64,000 nucleotides of DNA. Source: a candidate division WOR-3 bacterium. Lineage in GTDB: Bacteria > Hydrothermota > Tepidihabitantia > Tepidihabitantales > Tepidihabitantaceae. Below are positions 17,635 to 27,460 of the stretch, piece by piece; the stretch's first letter is position 1, and every line of letters starts with the position of its first letter. Below the pieces are notes generated by a model, which saw nothing but the letters and a program-made list of their open reading frames with translations, was not told where the DNA came from and made no database searches. Position numbers and translations under genes: made by a program. The stretch spans positions 32,001 to 96,000 of the forward strand of contig CBFGIT010000002.1 in assembly GCA_965648905.1 (NCBI GenBank), in the 5' to 3' direction.

Positions 17635-18627
17635 CTAGAAACCGAAATAGTCTATGCTCATGGCTTGGCGGACGAGCGCCATCGTCGCCTCAGCTTCTTC
17701 TCGGGCGCGAAGAGTGCCTGCCTTAAGAATGTCCCAGACCGTGGACGGGTCCTTCTCATATCCAGCCCGGCGCTGCCTTATCGGCTCAAGAAGATTGTTA
17801 AGGACGTCAACAAGCAGCTTCTTGCATGGCACACAGCCGATTGTGCCGGCTTTGCAACGTTCCTCGATGTTCGAGACCGCTTCAGAGTTGAACGTCTGGT
17901 GATAGGCAAAGACTACGCAGGAGTCAGGATGGCCTTTGTCGGTCGGGTGAATCCGGGCCTTGTCGGTCAGTGCGGAGTTCACCTTCTGCCGCACCGTCTC
18001 GGGCGAGTCGGAAAGGAAGATGGCGTTGCCCAGGCTCTTGGACATTTTGGTGTTGCCGTCCAAGCCGACCAGCTTGGGCGCGAGCATTCCTTCTGGTTCG
18101 ACTAGTACGTCGCCGTACAGGGCATTGAACTTGCGGACGATCTTGCGTGTCTGCTCGATGTGGGGTGCCTGGTCTTCGCCGACCGGCACAAGGTGAGCGC
18201 GGCAGAAGGTGATGTCGGCTGCCTGGCTGACCGGGTAGCCGAGGAAGCCGTAGGGCATCGATTCCTCAAAGTGGTATTGAGCTGCCTCGGTCTTGATCGT
18301 CGGATTGTGCGACAACTGCTGCACCGTTACGAGGTTGGAGTAGATGACCGTCAGCTCGGCAATCTGAGGCACGAACGACTGAACGAACAGCGTGGATTTG
18401 TCTGGGTCAACCCCGGATGCGAGATTGTCCATCGCGACGTTGAGCACGTTCTGACGCAGCAGTTCCGGATGGTCGTGGTGAGTGGTCAGGGTCTGGATAT
18501 CGGCGATGATGACGAATGTCTCGTACTCATCCTGGAGCCTTGCCCGGTTGGCAACCGAGCCGACAAGATGGCCGAGGTGCAGCGGTCCGGTCGGCCGATC
18601 GCCGGTGAGAATCCGTTTCTTCGACAT
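17635..18627 (-). CDS. trpS: Tryptophan--tRNA ligase
   Basis: TGDRPTGPLHLGH, YPVSQAADI, VPVGEDQ and KMSKS. ATG at 18627 lies 7 nt after TATAAT, so probably leaderless. Confidence 0.97.
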   Translation of the reverse strand: MSKKRILTGDRPTGPLHLGHLVGSVANRARLQDEYETFVIIADIQTLTTHHDHPELLRQNVLNVAMDNLASGVDPDKSTLFVQSFVPQIAELTVIYSNLVTVQQLSHNPTIKTEAAQYHFEESMPYGFLGYPVSQAADITFCRAHLVPVGEDQAPHIEQTRKIVRKFNALYGDVLVEPEGMLAPKLVGLDGNTKMSKSLGNAIFLSDSPETVRQKVNSALTDKARIHPTDKGHPDSCVVFAYHQTFNSEAVSNIEERCKAGTIGCVPCKKLLVDVLNNLLEPIRQRRAGYEKDPSTVWDILKAGTLRAREEAEATMALVRQAMSIDYFGF

Positions 18628-18714
18628 CAGGCCGATTATAGCGGAAGCGGCTCGGTGCGCAATGTCTGCCGCGCTTTGACAGACGCCGGGTTCGGGTAGA
18701 ATGTAAGTCGACAG

Positions 18715-19113
18715 ATGGAACGAATTGGTCGACACCCGTCCGACCGGAGCGGACCCAGAGCTGCCCTGCTCATGCTGGTGATTGCCGGGCTCGGCTGCAC
18801 TGACCGGTCGCCGTTGACCCCGGCAGCGCCGAGTGCGCCGGCTTCGGTCATGGCCAACGCGCCATGCACGCTTACCTGCGTGACAACCGACCCGGCGGGC
18901 AGGGATGTCTCTTACCGTTTCGACTGGGACCAGGCCGACACGTCAGACTGGACCGGGTTTCTGGCCAGCGGTGTGCTGTGCACCGTAATCCACACCTGGA
19001 ACCGAAACGGTGCCTACGCGGTTCGCTGCCAGGCAAAGAACAGCGCCGGACGCGTGTCGGGCTGGTCCGAGCCGGACACGGTCAGGGTTGACAGCATCTG
19101 CCGAGGTCGGTAG
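18715..19113 (+). CDS. Small PKD/Ig-like lipoprotein
   Basis: Lipobox-like AGLGC; TDPAG..VSYRFDW...HTW...GAYAVRCQAKN...SGWS. Confidence 0.7.
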   Translation: MERIGRHPSDRSGPRAALLMLVIAGLGCTDRSPLTPAAPSAPASVMANAPCTLTCVTTDPAGRDVSYRFDWDQADTSDWTGFLASGVLCTVIHTWNRNGAYAVRCQAKNSAGRVSGWSEPDTVRVDSICRGR

Positions 19114-19201
19114 TGCCCGGTTCGGGCTCGTTCTCCAAGACGCCGTCGTGGCCGGTGCGGTGTGATGCGCTATGTCCCGAAGCTGACAGGAGGAAGTCAC
19201 C

Positions 19202-22000
19202 GTGCTGAGAGTGTTCCTGAGCGTTATCCTGTTGACCATTGCGGCCTGGGCCGGGCCAGCGTCGCTGCTGGCGGTTGATGCCCGGGACGGTGCGCTGGAA
19301 GAGCTGGCCCGGGCCAAAGTGACCTACTATGGCAGGGTGGGTCGGTTCGTGCTGCTGCCTGCGGGCAGTCAGGCTGCGGCCGGACTCGATGCCTTACCGC
19401 TGCGGCTCTCCCCAGGACTGTCCCTTTACGTTGTCACAGTGACAAATCCTGCATTCCGGTCGCGTGTGCGCCAGGCGCTGACCGTGCTGCTCGAGGATGC
19501 GGGCGCGATGCTGGCTCAACTCGACGAGACCGAGGCAGAGCGGGTCTCTTTGCTCGGTGGTGAGCTGTTCCGGCTGCCAAACCAGCCGCACCGGTTGTAT
19601 CTGCCCGAGCCGCGGCTGCTGCCCGGGGTCGCGTTCGCCGACACGTTCATCCAGCGCCTGTGCGCTCAGGTGAGCGAGGATTCAATCCGCGCTCAGATGC
19701 GACGACTGGAGGACTTCAGAACCCGTTATTCTCCCTCAGATAGTTGTCGCTCGGCCGAGCAGTATGCGTTCGACTACTTCACCCGGGTGGGGCTTGATTC
19801 GGTTGGGCTGTTCTCCTACGAGGTCGAGGGAGATACCTGGCGCAATGCGCTCGGCATACGCTGGGGTCAGGTGAACCGGGACCAGTACGTGATCGTCTGC
19901 GGTCACATGGACTGCACATCGCAGGACCCATGGGTGTTCGCGCCTGGAGCAGAGGACAACGCTTCGGGCACGGCACTCACGTTCGAGGCGGCCCGGGTGC
20001 TGGCCCGGGAGAACTTCGACGTGACGCTTATCTTCATTGCCTTCACCGGCGAGGAGCAGGGGCTCTACGGGAGCTTCTATCTTGCGCAGTGGATGCGTTC
20101 AGTCGGCGCCGATATCATCGGTGTCCTGAACTTCGACATGATCGCCTGGCCTGGGGGCAGGTTTGGCGTCGCGATTCACTGCGATACCGCCTCGCGCGCA
20201 CTGGGTGAGTACCAGGCACGGATGGCTGCGCTCTACACGACGTTGCAGACCCGTGTCGACAACGAGATGTACGGGAGCGACCAACTGGCGTTTCAGTATT
20301 TCGGCTATCGGGCAACCGCAGGCGCAGAATACGGCAACTTCTACCCGTACTACCACACCACCGGTGACACGCTGGGTAATGTCTCGATGCCGCTGGCCGC
20401 GGAGGTGACGAGGATGGCGCTGGCTGCTGCTGCGTCGCTTGCTTCCTCGCCGGCGCCGCCGCGCGACTTCCGACTGCAGGACCTCGGCATAGGCGGAACG
20501 CTCCGCGCGTCGTGGCAACACGGCCCTTCACCAGACGTGGCCGGGTACAAGGTAGTCTGGGGTACAGAGCCGCGCGTCTACACCGACTCGGCCCTGGTCG
20601 GGTTCGTAACTTCGTACGACATCAGCGGGCTTCAGAACGGCACGCGCTACTATGCCACAGTCATGGCCGTGGATTCGGGCGGCCGCGAAGGATTCCCGGC
20701 TTCAGAGCAGAGCTGCATGCCCGGAACAGTGCCGCTGGCGCCGGCCGGCGTCGTGGCCTTGCCGACAAGATTCGGCATGGCACTTTGCTGGCAGGCCAAC
20801 CGCGAGCTCGACCTTGCCGGGTACAATCTGTATCGTCGGACAGCGGGAACCGGGCGGGTTCGGCTCAATACGGCACTGCTGGCTGATACCGCATACCGGG
20901 ATTCCGGCCTGCTCTCGGATACGATGTACTACTACGTCCTTACGGCCCAGGATTCTACTGGCCATGAGAGTGATGCCTCGGTAGAAGTCCGGGGCAAGCC
21001 GGTCACGCTCGACCACGGGTTGCTGCTCGTGGACGAAACCCGCGACGGAACCGGCCAGCCTGGCAGCCCGAGTGATGCCCAGCAGGATTTTTTCTACCAT
21101 ATGGTATTGAGCGGGACGCGCCTGACCGACTGGGACTGTGCGACTGACAGCCTGCCGCTGGCCGGAGACATCGGGCCTTACTCGACGATTGTCTGGCACG
21201 CGGATGACTATACCCAGCAGCAGATAAGGCCGTCTTTGCCCGGCCTTACCAACTACCTGGCCCACGGCGGTCGGCTCTGGTATGTTGGTTGGAAGCCGAT
21301 GCTCGGCCTGTACGGCAGTGGCAGCCGGTATCCGTTTTCGTTCGCGGCCGGCGACTTCGCCTTTGACCAACTGCACCTGTCTGGTGCAGCACAGAGCGCA
21401 AGTCCAGATTTCGTCGGCGCGACCGGCCAAGCCGGTTATGGGAGCATCAGCACCGACTCGGCCAAGATGGTACCGGCAATGCACGGTCGGCTGGCGTTTG
21501 TTGACGTGCTCTATCCACGTGACGCCGAGACCGTGCTGACTTTCAACTCGTTCTCCGGGGACACGTTTCAGGGCAAGCCGGTCGGAGTTCGCTGGCTGGC
21601 CGGGCCGGGCAGGGTTGTTTCGTTCGGGTTTCCCCTGTACTACATGAAGGATGACGAGGCGCGACTGGTTGCGCTCAAGGTGCTCGATGACTTGGGCGAG
21701 CCGTACGCAATCGAGGAGGGACGGTCGGACGCCGACGGTCTGGGCTTCACGCTCAATGCCGGTCCGAACCCGGCACGGCGCTCCATGTTTGTCAGCTACA
21801 CCCTGCCGCAGCCAGTGCCGGTGCGCATCACCCTGTACAACGCGGCCGGCGCAAGGGTGCGCGAGGTGACGAACGGGCTTCAGCCGGCCGGCCGGCACGA
21901 AATCCGGCTCCGGTCGCGCGGACTGGCCGCAGGTGCCTATTTCTGTCGGATGGAGACGCCGGGGTTCACGGCCACGCGCAAGCTGGAACTGGTTCGATGA
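19202..22000 (+). CDS. Secreted M28 family peptidase with FN3 domains and T9SS-like C-terminal domain
   Basis: GHMD, PGAEDNASG, FTGEEQGLYGS, LNFDMI, YHTTGD; FN3-like GLQNGTRYY; tail PNP...YNAAG...LAAGAYF...RKL. Confidence 0.9.
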   Translation: MLRVFLSVILLTIAAWAGPASLLAVDARDGALEELARAKVTYYGRVGRFVLLPAGSQAAAGLDALPLRLSPGLSLYVVTVTNPAFRSRVRQALTVLLEDAGAMLAQLDETEAERVSLLGGELFRLPNQPHRLYLPEPRLLPGVAFADTFIQRLCAQVSEDSIRAQMRRLEDFRTRYSPSDSCRSAEQYAFDYFTRVGLDSVGLFSYEVEGDTWRNALGIRWGQVNRDQYVIVCGHMDCTSQDPWVFAPGAEDNASGTALTFEAARVLARENFDVTLIFIAFTGEEQGLYGSFYLAQWMRSVGADIIGVLNFDMIAWPGGRFGVAIHCDTASRALGEYQARMAALYTTLQTRVDNEMYGSDQLAFQYFGYRATAGAEYGNFYPYYHTTGDTLGNVSMPLAAEVTRMALAAAASLASSPAPPRDFRLQDLGIGGTLRASWQHGPSPDVAGYKVVWGTEPRVYTDSALVGFVTSYDISGLQNGTRYYATVMAVDSGGREGFPASEQSCMPGTVPLAPAGVVALPTRFGMALCWQANRELDLAGYNLYRRTAGTGRVRLNTALLADTAYRDSGLLSDTMYYYVLTAQDSTGHESDASVEVRGKPVTLDHGLLLVDETRDGTGQPGSPSDAQQDFFYHMVLSGTRLTDWDCATDSLPLAGDIGPYSTIVWHADDYTQQQIRPSLPGLTNYLAHGGRLWYVGWKPMLGLYGSGSRYPFSFAAGDFAFDQLHLSGAAQSASPDFVGATGQAGYGSISTDSAKMVPAMHGRLAFVDVLYPRDAETVLTFNSFSGDTFQGKPVGVRWLAGPGRVVSFGFPLYYMKDDEARLVALKVLDDLGEPYAIEEGRSDADGLGFTLNAGPNPARRSMFVSYTLPQPVPVRITLYNAAGARVREVTNGLQPAGRHEIRLRSRGLAAGAYFCRMETPGFTATRKLELVR

Positions 22001-24963
22001 GAACCTGCTGGCTCCTGCTGGGTCTGACGGCGATACTGGGACCGGCAGGTGCGGAGGTCATCGAAGACTTCGACGACGGAACAGTGGTGCTGTCCTCATT
22101 TCCGGGCGAGGATGTACACCCTGACTCGTGGCGACTCGATTCGGTGGTTACCTATGACAACTCGCCTTACGCACTCCGGCTGTTCGGCAACACCTGGAAG
22201 GTCGAGTCAATCGCGCCGGTGTGCCTTGACACCGGTGATGTCTGGCAGGTGGCGGTCTATGTTGAGCAGCGCGCCGAGATTCAGGGGTTCGGGCTGGCCG
22301 ATTCGGCCAACGTGTTGCTCTATGCCTTTGCTGGTACTGAGCTGCTTGACCCGAACCGATGGGTCACGGTGTATCAGGGCGCGTTCGCCGAGGACACCTG
22401 GATTCAGTACCGGCTGCCGGTGGCCCTGGACTGGCAGCAGCGGTTCGGCTATCAGCCGGTAGTCAGGGCGATGGTCTTCGTTAATGACCGCGATGCCGGT
22501 CATTCAGGCTCGGCCTACTTCGATTTGATTGAAGACGTCACCGCGGAGTTGCCCATTCCGCCGCAGGTCGAGGTCTGGTATGAGACCGGCAGTACCAAGA
22601 ACAATGGCGATGGTTCCTGGGACGTTACCGTGCAGTTTCACAGCCGGGTGACCGACCCGGACAGCCGAACCCACGACTACTATTGGTTTTTCGGCGACGG
22701 TTCGACCAGCCGCGATTCGGCTCCGGAGCACACCTATACGGTGCGCGACAACCACGAGTACACGGTGCTGGTTCAGGTTCGGGACAGCACGGACTGCTGG
22801 GGCTTTGCCAACTGCCGCGTCACGGTCGACCCCGGGCCCACCACCTTCCCGATAAGACTGAGCTTCATCGGCGACGTGATGCTGGCGCGCGGGTATGAGA
22901 ACCCGGGCGGGATTATCGACACGATCGGCGCTGAAGGAATCTTCGCGCCGACCCGGGCGCTGCTTGAAGCCGCGGATATTACGGTCGCCAACCTCGAAAG
23001 CCCATTGACCAACCGCGGTACCCGCCACCCGACCAAGCCGATTGTGTTCCGTGGGCGACCCACGAACGTGGCCGGTCTGGTCTTTGCCGGGATCGACGTT
23101 GTATCCCTGGCCAACAACCACACAATCGACTACGGACTGGAAGGGCTGCAGCAGACCCAGCAGGTGCTCGGGGTTGCCGGGATTCGCTACTCGGGCGCCG
23201 GGGCCGACGTCCATGAGGCAGGCCGGCCGCTCTTCTGCCAGAAGTCGGGCGTCAACATCGCGTTCCTTGCCTGCTGCGACCGGAACGGGCAGTACGACAA
23301 CTACCAGCCGTTTCTCGACGCCGGGTTGAACAAGCCCGGGTTTGCATACCTGGACAGCTTCCGCGTGCGGCGGGCGATTGGACAGGTGAGAGAGCTGGCC
23401 GACATCGTCATCGTTGAGATGCACACTGGTGAGGAGTATGAGGCGAGGCCTGAGGACCGGCCGGGCGATGACGAATTCCGAATGACGAGTGGCGAATCGG
23501 ACGATGGGGACGAGATGTACTCGCGGTTCGCCCTGTTTCCCGCGCCCAACGACACTGCGGAACGGCACCGGGCAATCGAGGCCGGGGCCGACCTTGTGGT
23601 CTGTCATCACCCGCATGTGCTGCAGGGGTTTGAGGTATACCAGGGCAAACTGATTGCCCATTCACTCGGGAACTACGCTTTTGACCTGGGCTATCCAGAG
23701 ACGTACCCGTCGGCTATCCTATCCGCGCTGGTTGACGAGCGGGGGTTCTATGATTACACAGTCGCACCGGTCTACATCGACGACTGGATTCCCCGGCCGG
23801 CGACCGGCGAGCTGGGCCGGCACATCCTCGATTACTTGGCGCAGCGGTCCAGAGAACTCGGCACATTGCTGGTTGTTTCTCCCGACAGCCTGGCCGGTCG
23901 CATCGTGCTTGATACCGGTGGGCTTACCCGTCTCGCCCGGTCGTGTACTGCCCGGGTGCAGGTGCGACCGGAGAGCGGAGCGTGGGTATCAGCACCGGTG
24001 CGGCTGCCGCGCCAGGGTTCGCTCTCGCGCGTTGTCCAGGCTGGACCGGGTGCTGACTGGCAGTTTCGCGTGGGGCGGGAACTGGTGTGGTTCGGCGGGT
24101 TTGAGGATGAAGGCGCAAGCATGTGGCTGCTGGATAACCCGGATGAGTTCTATGACACGGCTGCCTGCCGAGGCTCAAGGTCGCTCTGTCAGGTGCGGCG
24201 GCAGGGAGCAGGCAGGATTGTGACCAGCCTTGAGAAACGGCTGCCCGGCAAGGCCGGCGTGCCGCACACCGTCCTCGCCTCAGTCCGAGCTGAGAATGCC
24301 GAGAGCGCCGCGGTCGAGTTCAGAAGCTACTCCGGCCGCAGCGGCGGCACGATGCTCGCAGGCTACAGCACCAGCACGGTAAGAGGCACAAGTGAATGGA
24401 CTGGTGTGTACGCTAACTTCACGCCGGTCAGTCAGACCGCCTACTTTGATGTGGCCCTGCGCAGTTGTGGACCCCAGGCCGGCGACGGCCGGACCTGGTT
24501 CGACGACGTCTCAGTGGTTGAATGGGGAAGCTGGCAGGAGCTTTCCAGTCCGGTGCCGGTGACTGAGCCGAATGACGTTTACTGGCTCCAGGTCCGCACT
24601 GGTGTTTCGACACCAGAAGTCACGGTCGTATACGAGGAGACCAGGTACGACGCTCCGGTCGCAGTCCAGGATCAGGCGCCGGCCGCGCCGCGCCCATGCT
24701 GGCGGGTCTGGCCCAACCCGGCAAGCACCGACCCGAGAATAGAATACGAACTCGCAGTCCCGGCCCGGGTCATGGTCAAAATCTACGATGCGACCGGCCG
24801 CGAGGTCCGTCAGCTTGGGGAATCAGAGGCCCGACGCGGAACACAAAGCATTGTCTGGGACCGCAGAGACAACTCAGGCCGCAGGCTCGCCCCTGGGGCC
24901 TACTTCTGCCGGCTTGTGCTCGGTTCAACCCGGGCCACGCTCAAACTCGTCCTCGCCGAATAG
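21997..24963 (+). CDS. Secreted CapA (PGA_cap) family metallophosphoesterase with PKD domain and FlgD/T9SS-like tail
   Basis: WFFGDG PKD; GDVML, ANLESP, SLANNH, HHPHVLQ, SLGNYAFD; tail WDRRDNSGRRLAPGAYF. Confidence 0.88.
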   Translation: MRTCWLLLGLTAILGPAGAEVIEDFDDGTVVLSSFPGEDVHPDSWRLDSVVTYDNSPYALRLFGNTWKVESIAPVCLDTGDVWQVAVYVEQRAEIQGFGLADSANVLLYAFAGTELLDPNRWVTVYQGAFAEDTWIQYRLPVALDWQQRFGYQPVVRAMVFVNDRDAGHSGSAYFDLIEDVTAELPIPPQVEVWYETGSTKNNGDGSWDVTVQFHSRVTDPDSRTHDYYWFFGDGSTSRDSAPEHTYTVRDNHEYTVLVQVRDSTDCWGFANCRVTVDPGPTTFPIRLSFIGDVMLARGYENPGGIIDTIGAEGIFAPTRALLEAADITVANLESPLTNRGTRHPTKPIVFRGRPTNVAGLVFAGIDVVSLANNHTIDYGLEGLQQTQQVLGVAGIRYSGAGADVHEAGRPLFCQKSGVNIAFLACCDRNGQYDNYQPFLDAGLNKPGFAYLDSFRVRRAIGQVRELADIVIVEMHTGEEYEARPEDRPGDDEFRMTSGESDDGDEMYSRFALFPAPNDTAERHRAIEAGADLVVCHHPHVLQGFEVYQGKLIAHSLGNYAFDLGYPETYPSAILSALVDERGFYDYTVAPVYIDDWIPRPATGELGRHILDYLAQRSRELGTLLVVSPDSLAGRIVLDTGGLTRLARSCTARVQVRPESGAWVSAPVRLPRQGSLSRVVQAGPGADWQFRVGRELVWFGGFEDEGASMWLLDNPDEFYDTAACRGSRSLCQVRRQGAGRIVTSLEKRLPGKAGVPHTVLASVRAENAESAAVEFRSYSGRSGGTMLAGYSTSTVRGTSEWTGVYANFTPVSQTAYFDVALRSCGPQAGDGRTWFDDVSVVEWGSWQELSSPVPVTEPNDVYWLQVRTGVSTPEVTVVYEETRYDAPVAVQDQAPAAPRPCWRVWPNPASTDPRIEYELAVPARVMVKIYDATGREVRQLGESEARRGTQSIVWDRRDNSGRRLAPGAYFCRLVLGSTRATLKLVLAE

Positions 24964-25140
24964 ACAAGCGCCCCGGCTTCCACCGAGGCGCTGACAAAGG
25001 AGGTCGATGGTTCCTTGGCGAAGCCCGCGCAGAAGCAATCTGCATCCCACACCGGTCGGGAGCCATCGGTCGGCCGGGTGGTTTTAGTCGCGGCTCGCGA
25101 CGGGAAGACGTGACTGACCGGGTCCGGTCAGCCACCGCCG
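24964..25140 (-). ncRNA. Candidate structured small RNA (about 175 nt)
   Basis: TTGACA-16-TATGCT promoter (25174-25147), several hairpins, ACCTCCTTT, terminal hairpin at 24967-24992; no convincing ORF. Confidence 0.5.
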
Positions 25141-25449
25141 CACAATAGCATAAGACCCCCAGCAGGGCTGTCAAGAAGATTATTGGCAGTGATTAGGTAT
25201 TGAAAGAACGTAACTTAGGACAGGTGAGGCACGTCGGTGCGGCATCGTGGGCTTCCTGTTGAGTGCTAGGTCATTGAAGTAACTCAGCTTAGCTCAAAGA
25301 ACCCCCTTCTGACCAGCGGCACTGTGTCAGAAACACCTGACCAAGCCGGCTCCAGCGATCTCCGCCGCGTTGATTCTGACTATATGTTACACATTATTAA
25401 ACAGTTACATTCGCGTCGAACATGCGAGATTGCAGTTGGGGGCTGGCGT

Positions 25450-26244
25450 TCAGAAGCAGCCGATATTTGTGCCTTCGTTGCCGACCTTGCGGCAGGGCGA
25501 GTTCTTTGCCAGGCGGTAGTCACCAGACTCGCGGTTGATGAACTTGGGGTCCTGCATGATGTTACTGTCGCCCGGCGTGACCCGGTCGAAGTTGCACGAT
25601 TGATTGAACAGACAGTTACGCTGCACGGTCATCCGGCCGGTGTTCTGGTCGGTTGCAATGCCACGAGGGTTGAACGCGACGATGCAGTCGGTGATTACCA
25701 CTCCGGCGCTGTCCCGGGCAGCATAGATGCCGGTCTCACCGTTATCGGCAACCGTGCAGTGGCTGATACGCGCCGAAGCATTGCCGGCCATGGCGCTTAA
25801 GTAGACGCCGCGTTCGCCGTTGTCGACAATCAGGCATCCGGTGATGGTCTGGTGCCCATCCCTGACCCAAATGCCATGTGAGTCGGCGTTTCTCACGGTC
25901 AGCCCCAAAATCCGGTTGCTGTCTGAAAGGAGCTCGATTCCGGCGTAGCGATAGCTCGCGTCAATGACGGTTGTCATGGGGTCAAGGCCGAGCAGGGTGA
26001 TGCTGCCGACGCGGTCGAATCTGACCTGTTCCCGGTACACGCCGGCCTTGACCAGGATGACGTTGCCCGGTTCGGCCCGGCTCAGTGCTTCGCCGATGGT
26101 CTGGTACGTGCCGGTGCCGTCGGCGGCCACCACGACGTCAGCGCGGGGCGGTGCGGTTGGCAGCACCTCGGGCCGCGGGCAGCGGACCGACACGGCCAGA
26201 ATGATGAGCACGACAGCAGAGCGCAGCAGAGAACGACGCGGCAC
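25450..26244 (-). CDS. Right-handed beta-helix (pectin-lyase-like) exported protein
   Basis: Signal peptide with Cys; VAADGTGTYQTIGEAL, VKAGVYRE, repeated NG.GI and DPKF...DYRL...SPC. Confidence 0.8.
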   Translation of the reverse strand: MPRRSLLRSAVVLIILAVSVRCPRPEVLPTAPPRADVVVAADGTGTYQTIGEALSRAEPGNVILVKAGVYREQVRFDRVGSITLLGLDPMTTVIDASYRYAGIELLSDSNRILGLTVRNADSHGIWVRDGHQTITGCLIVDNGERGVYLSAMAGNASARISHCTVADNGETGIYAARDSAGVVITDCIVAFNPRGIATDQNTGRMTVQRNCLFNQSCNFDRVTPGDSNIMQDPKFINRESGDYRLAKNSPCRKVGNEGTNIGCF

Positions 26245-26361
26245 GGACTATTATACCCGGGTTGGGGCCAAGTCAACCACCGATTAGAAGTTAGGTCCGC
26301 AATGGACAGGCCGGATGCTCGTTCTATAATTGACCATCTCGAACCACTGAAAGGAATCAAC

Positions 26362-27204
26362 GTGAAATCGCTCGGCATCCTGGTCTTTTTGGCCGTGACT
26401 GTGGCCCGCGGCCAGTTCCAGCGTGAGTGGCAGAGCGGCAACCTCGGCACCTATGCCTGGGGTGTAAGCTACGGGTACGACGTCGACAGCGACAACGTAC
26501 CCAACATGTGGACCCGGGATTCGGGCCGCATCATCATCTACCGCAACTTCACACCGTGGTGGACCGTGGACTTCGGCCGCTATACCTATCCGTTCGTTGT
26601 GACTCCGCGCGATGTCGACGGCGATGGACTCGTCAGACCGGTCAACATGGACGGTGACCCGTCCGGCGAGGTGGTGATGACTGCATACCGCATCTCCGGT
26701 CAGGCCTGGTCCGGGATAGTGCGGGTCTACGACGCGTCGACGCGCCAGCTCGAATGGGAGAGCGCCGAGCTGGCCGGGTTCACCGGCACCGCGTCGGTTG
26801 ACGACGTGGACGGCGACGGCAAGCATGAAATCGTGCTCACGCGCTACGACTACAGCGGCGGCTGGGGCTATGTTGAGGTGTACGGCCATGTCGGAGTCGG
26901 CCTGGACTCAAGACCGGAGTACGCCCTCAGGCAGTCCGAGCCGACTGCCGCGCCTTCGGTGTCCGCCGGGTTGACCCGAGTGCGGTTCGAGCTTGCCGAA
27001 CCGACCCAGGTGAGGCTCGTCATCTATGACCCGGCCGGGCAGGTGGTGCGTACCCTGGTTGATGCCGCGCTGCCGGCCGGCGAGTACGGCATCAGTTGGG
27101 ACGGACGGTCCGACAACCAGACCCTGGTCCCGGCAGGGACATACTGTTATCGACTCGGGCGCGGAAACGAAGAGCTGACCGGCCGGCTGGTCATCGTGCG
27201 CTAG
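26362..27204 (+). CDS. Secreted FG-GAP-like repeat protein with FlgD Ig-like C-terminal domain
   Basis: DVDGDG repeats; tail IYDPAGQVVRTL...WDGRSD...GTYCYRL. Confidence 0.8.
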   Translation: MKSLGILVFLAVTVARGQFQREWQSGNLGTYAWGVSYGYDVDSDNVPNMWTRDSGRIIIYRNFTPWWTVDFGRYTYPFVVTPRDVDGDGLVRPVNMDGDPSGEVVMTAYRISGQAWSGIVRVYDASTRQLEWESAELAGFTGTASVDDVDGDGKHEIVLTRYDYSGGWGYVEVYGHVGVGLDSRPEYALRQSEPTAAPSVSAGLTRVRFELAEPTQVRLVIYDPAGQVVRTLVDAALPAGEYGISWDGRSDNQTLVPAGTYCYRLGRGNEELTGRLVIVR

Positions 27205-27271
27205 GGCGAACTCCCGGTGTTGACTTGTCGAACGGAATCGTCTAGAGTAGGAGCCCGAGTTCGCGTTAGCC

Positions 27272-27358
27272 GGAGGGCTAGCCTAACTGGTAAGGCAGCA
27301 GACTTGAAATCTGCCGACTCAGCGATGGGTCTTGCGGGTTCGAATCCTGCGCCCTCCG
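27272..27358 (+). tRNA. tRNA-Ser (anticodon TGA)
   Basis: Acceptor stem GGAGGGC/GCCCTCC with discriminator G; anticodon arm GCAGA-CTTGAAA-TCTGC; long variable arm; GGTTCGAATCC; CCA not encoded. Confidence 0.95.
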
Positions 27359-27363
27359 CGTCA

Positions 27364-27452
27364 GGAGAGGTGGCCGAGTGGTCTAAGGCGATCGCTTGCT
27401 AAGCGGTTGTACGGGTAATACTGTACCGTGGGTTCAAATCCCACCCTCTCCG
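27364..27452 (+). tRNA. tRNA-Ser (anticodon GCT)
   Basis: Acceptor stem GGAGAGG/CCTCTCC with discriminator G; TGGCCGAGTGG D-arm; loop TTGCTAA; long variable arm; GGTTCAAATCC. Confidence 0.95.
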
Positions 27453-27460
27453 TTAGCCTG

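Noticed and set aside
16807..18105. Long antisense/alternate-frame ORFs (also 50-904, 20702-21898, 22504-23661)
   Set aside because: Shadow ORFs of high-GC genes overlapping well-supported CDSs, with no recognisable motifs.
25007..25087. 26-aa plus-strand peptide after AAAGGAGG
   Set aside because: SD-to-ATG spacing is only 3 nt and it follows a terminator-like hairpin; a minus-strand RNA explains the region better, though the peptide is not fully excluded.
27272..27358. tRNA-Sec or opal suppressor
   Set aside because: The anticodon reads TGA 5'-3' (decodes UCA, Ser), not TCA; the acceptor stem is the normal 7 bp.
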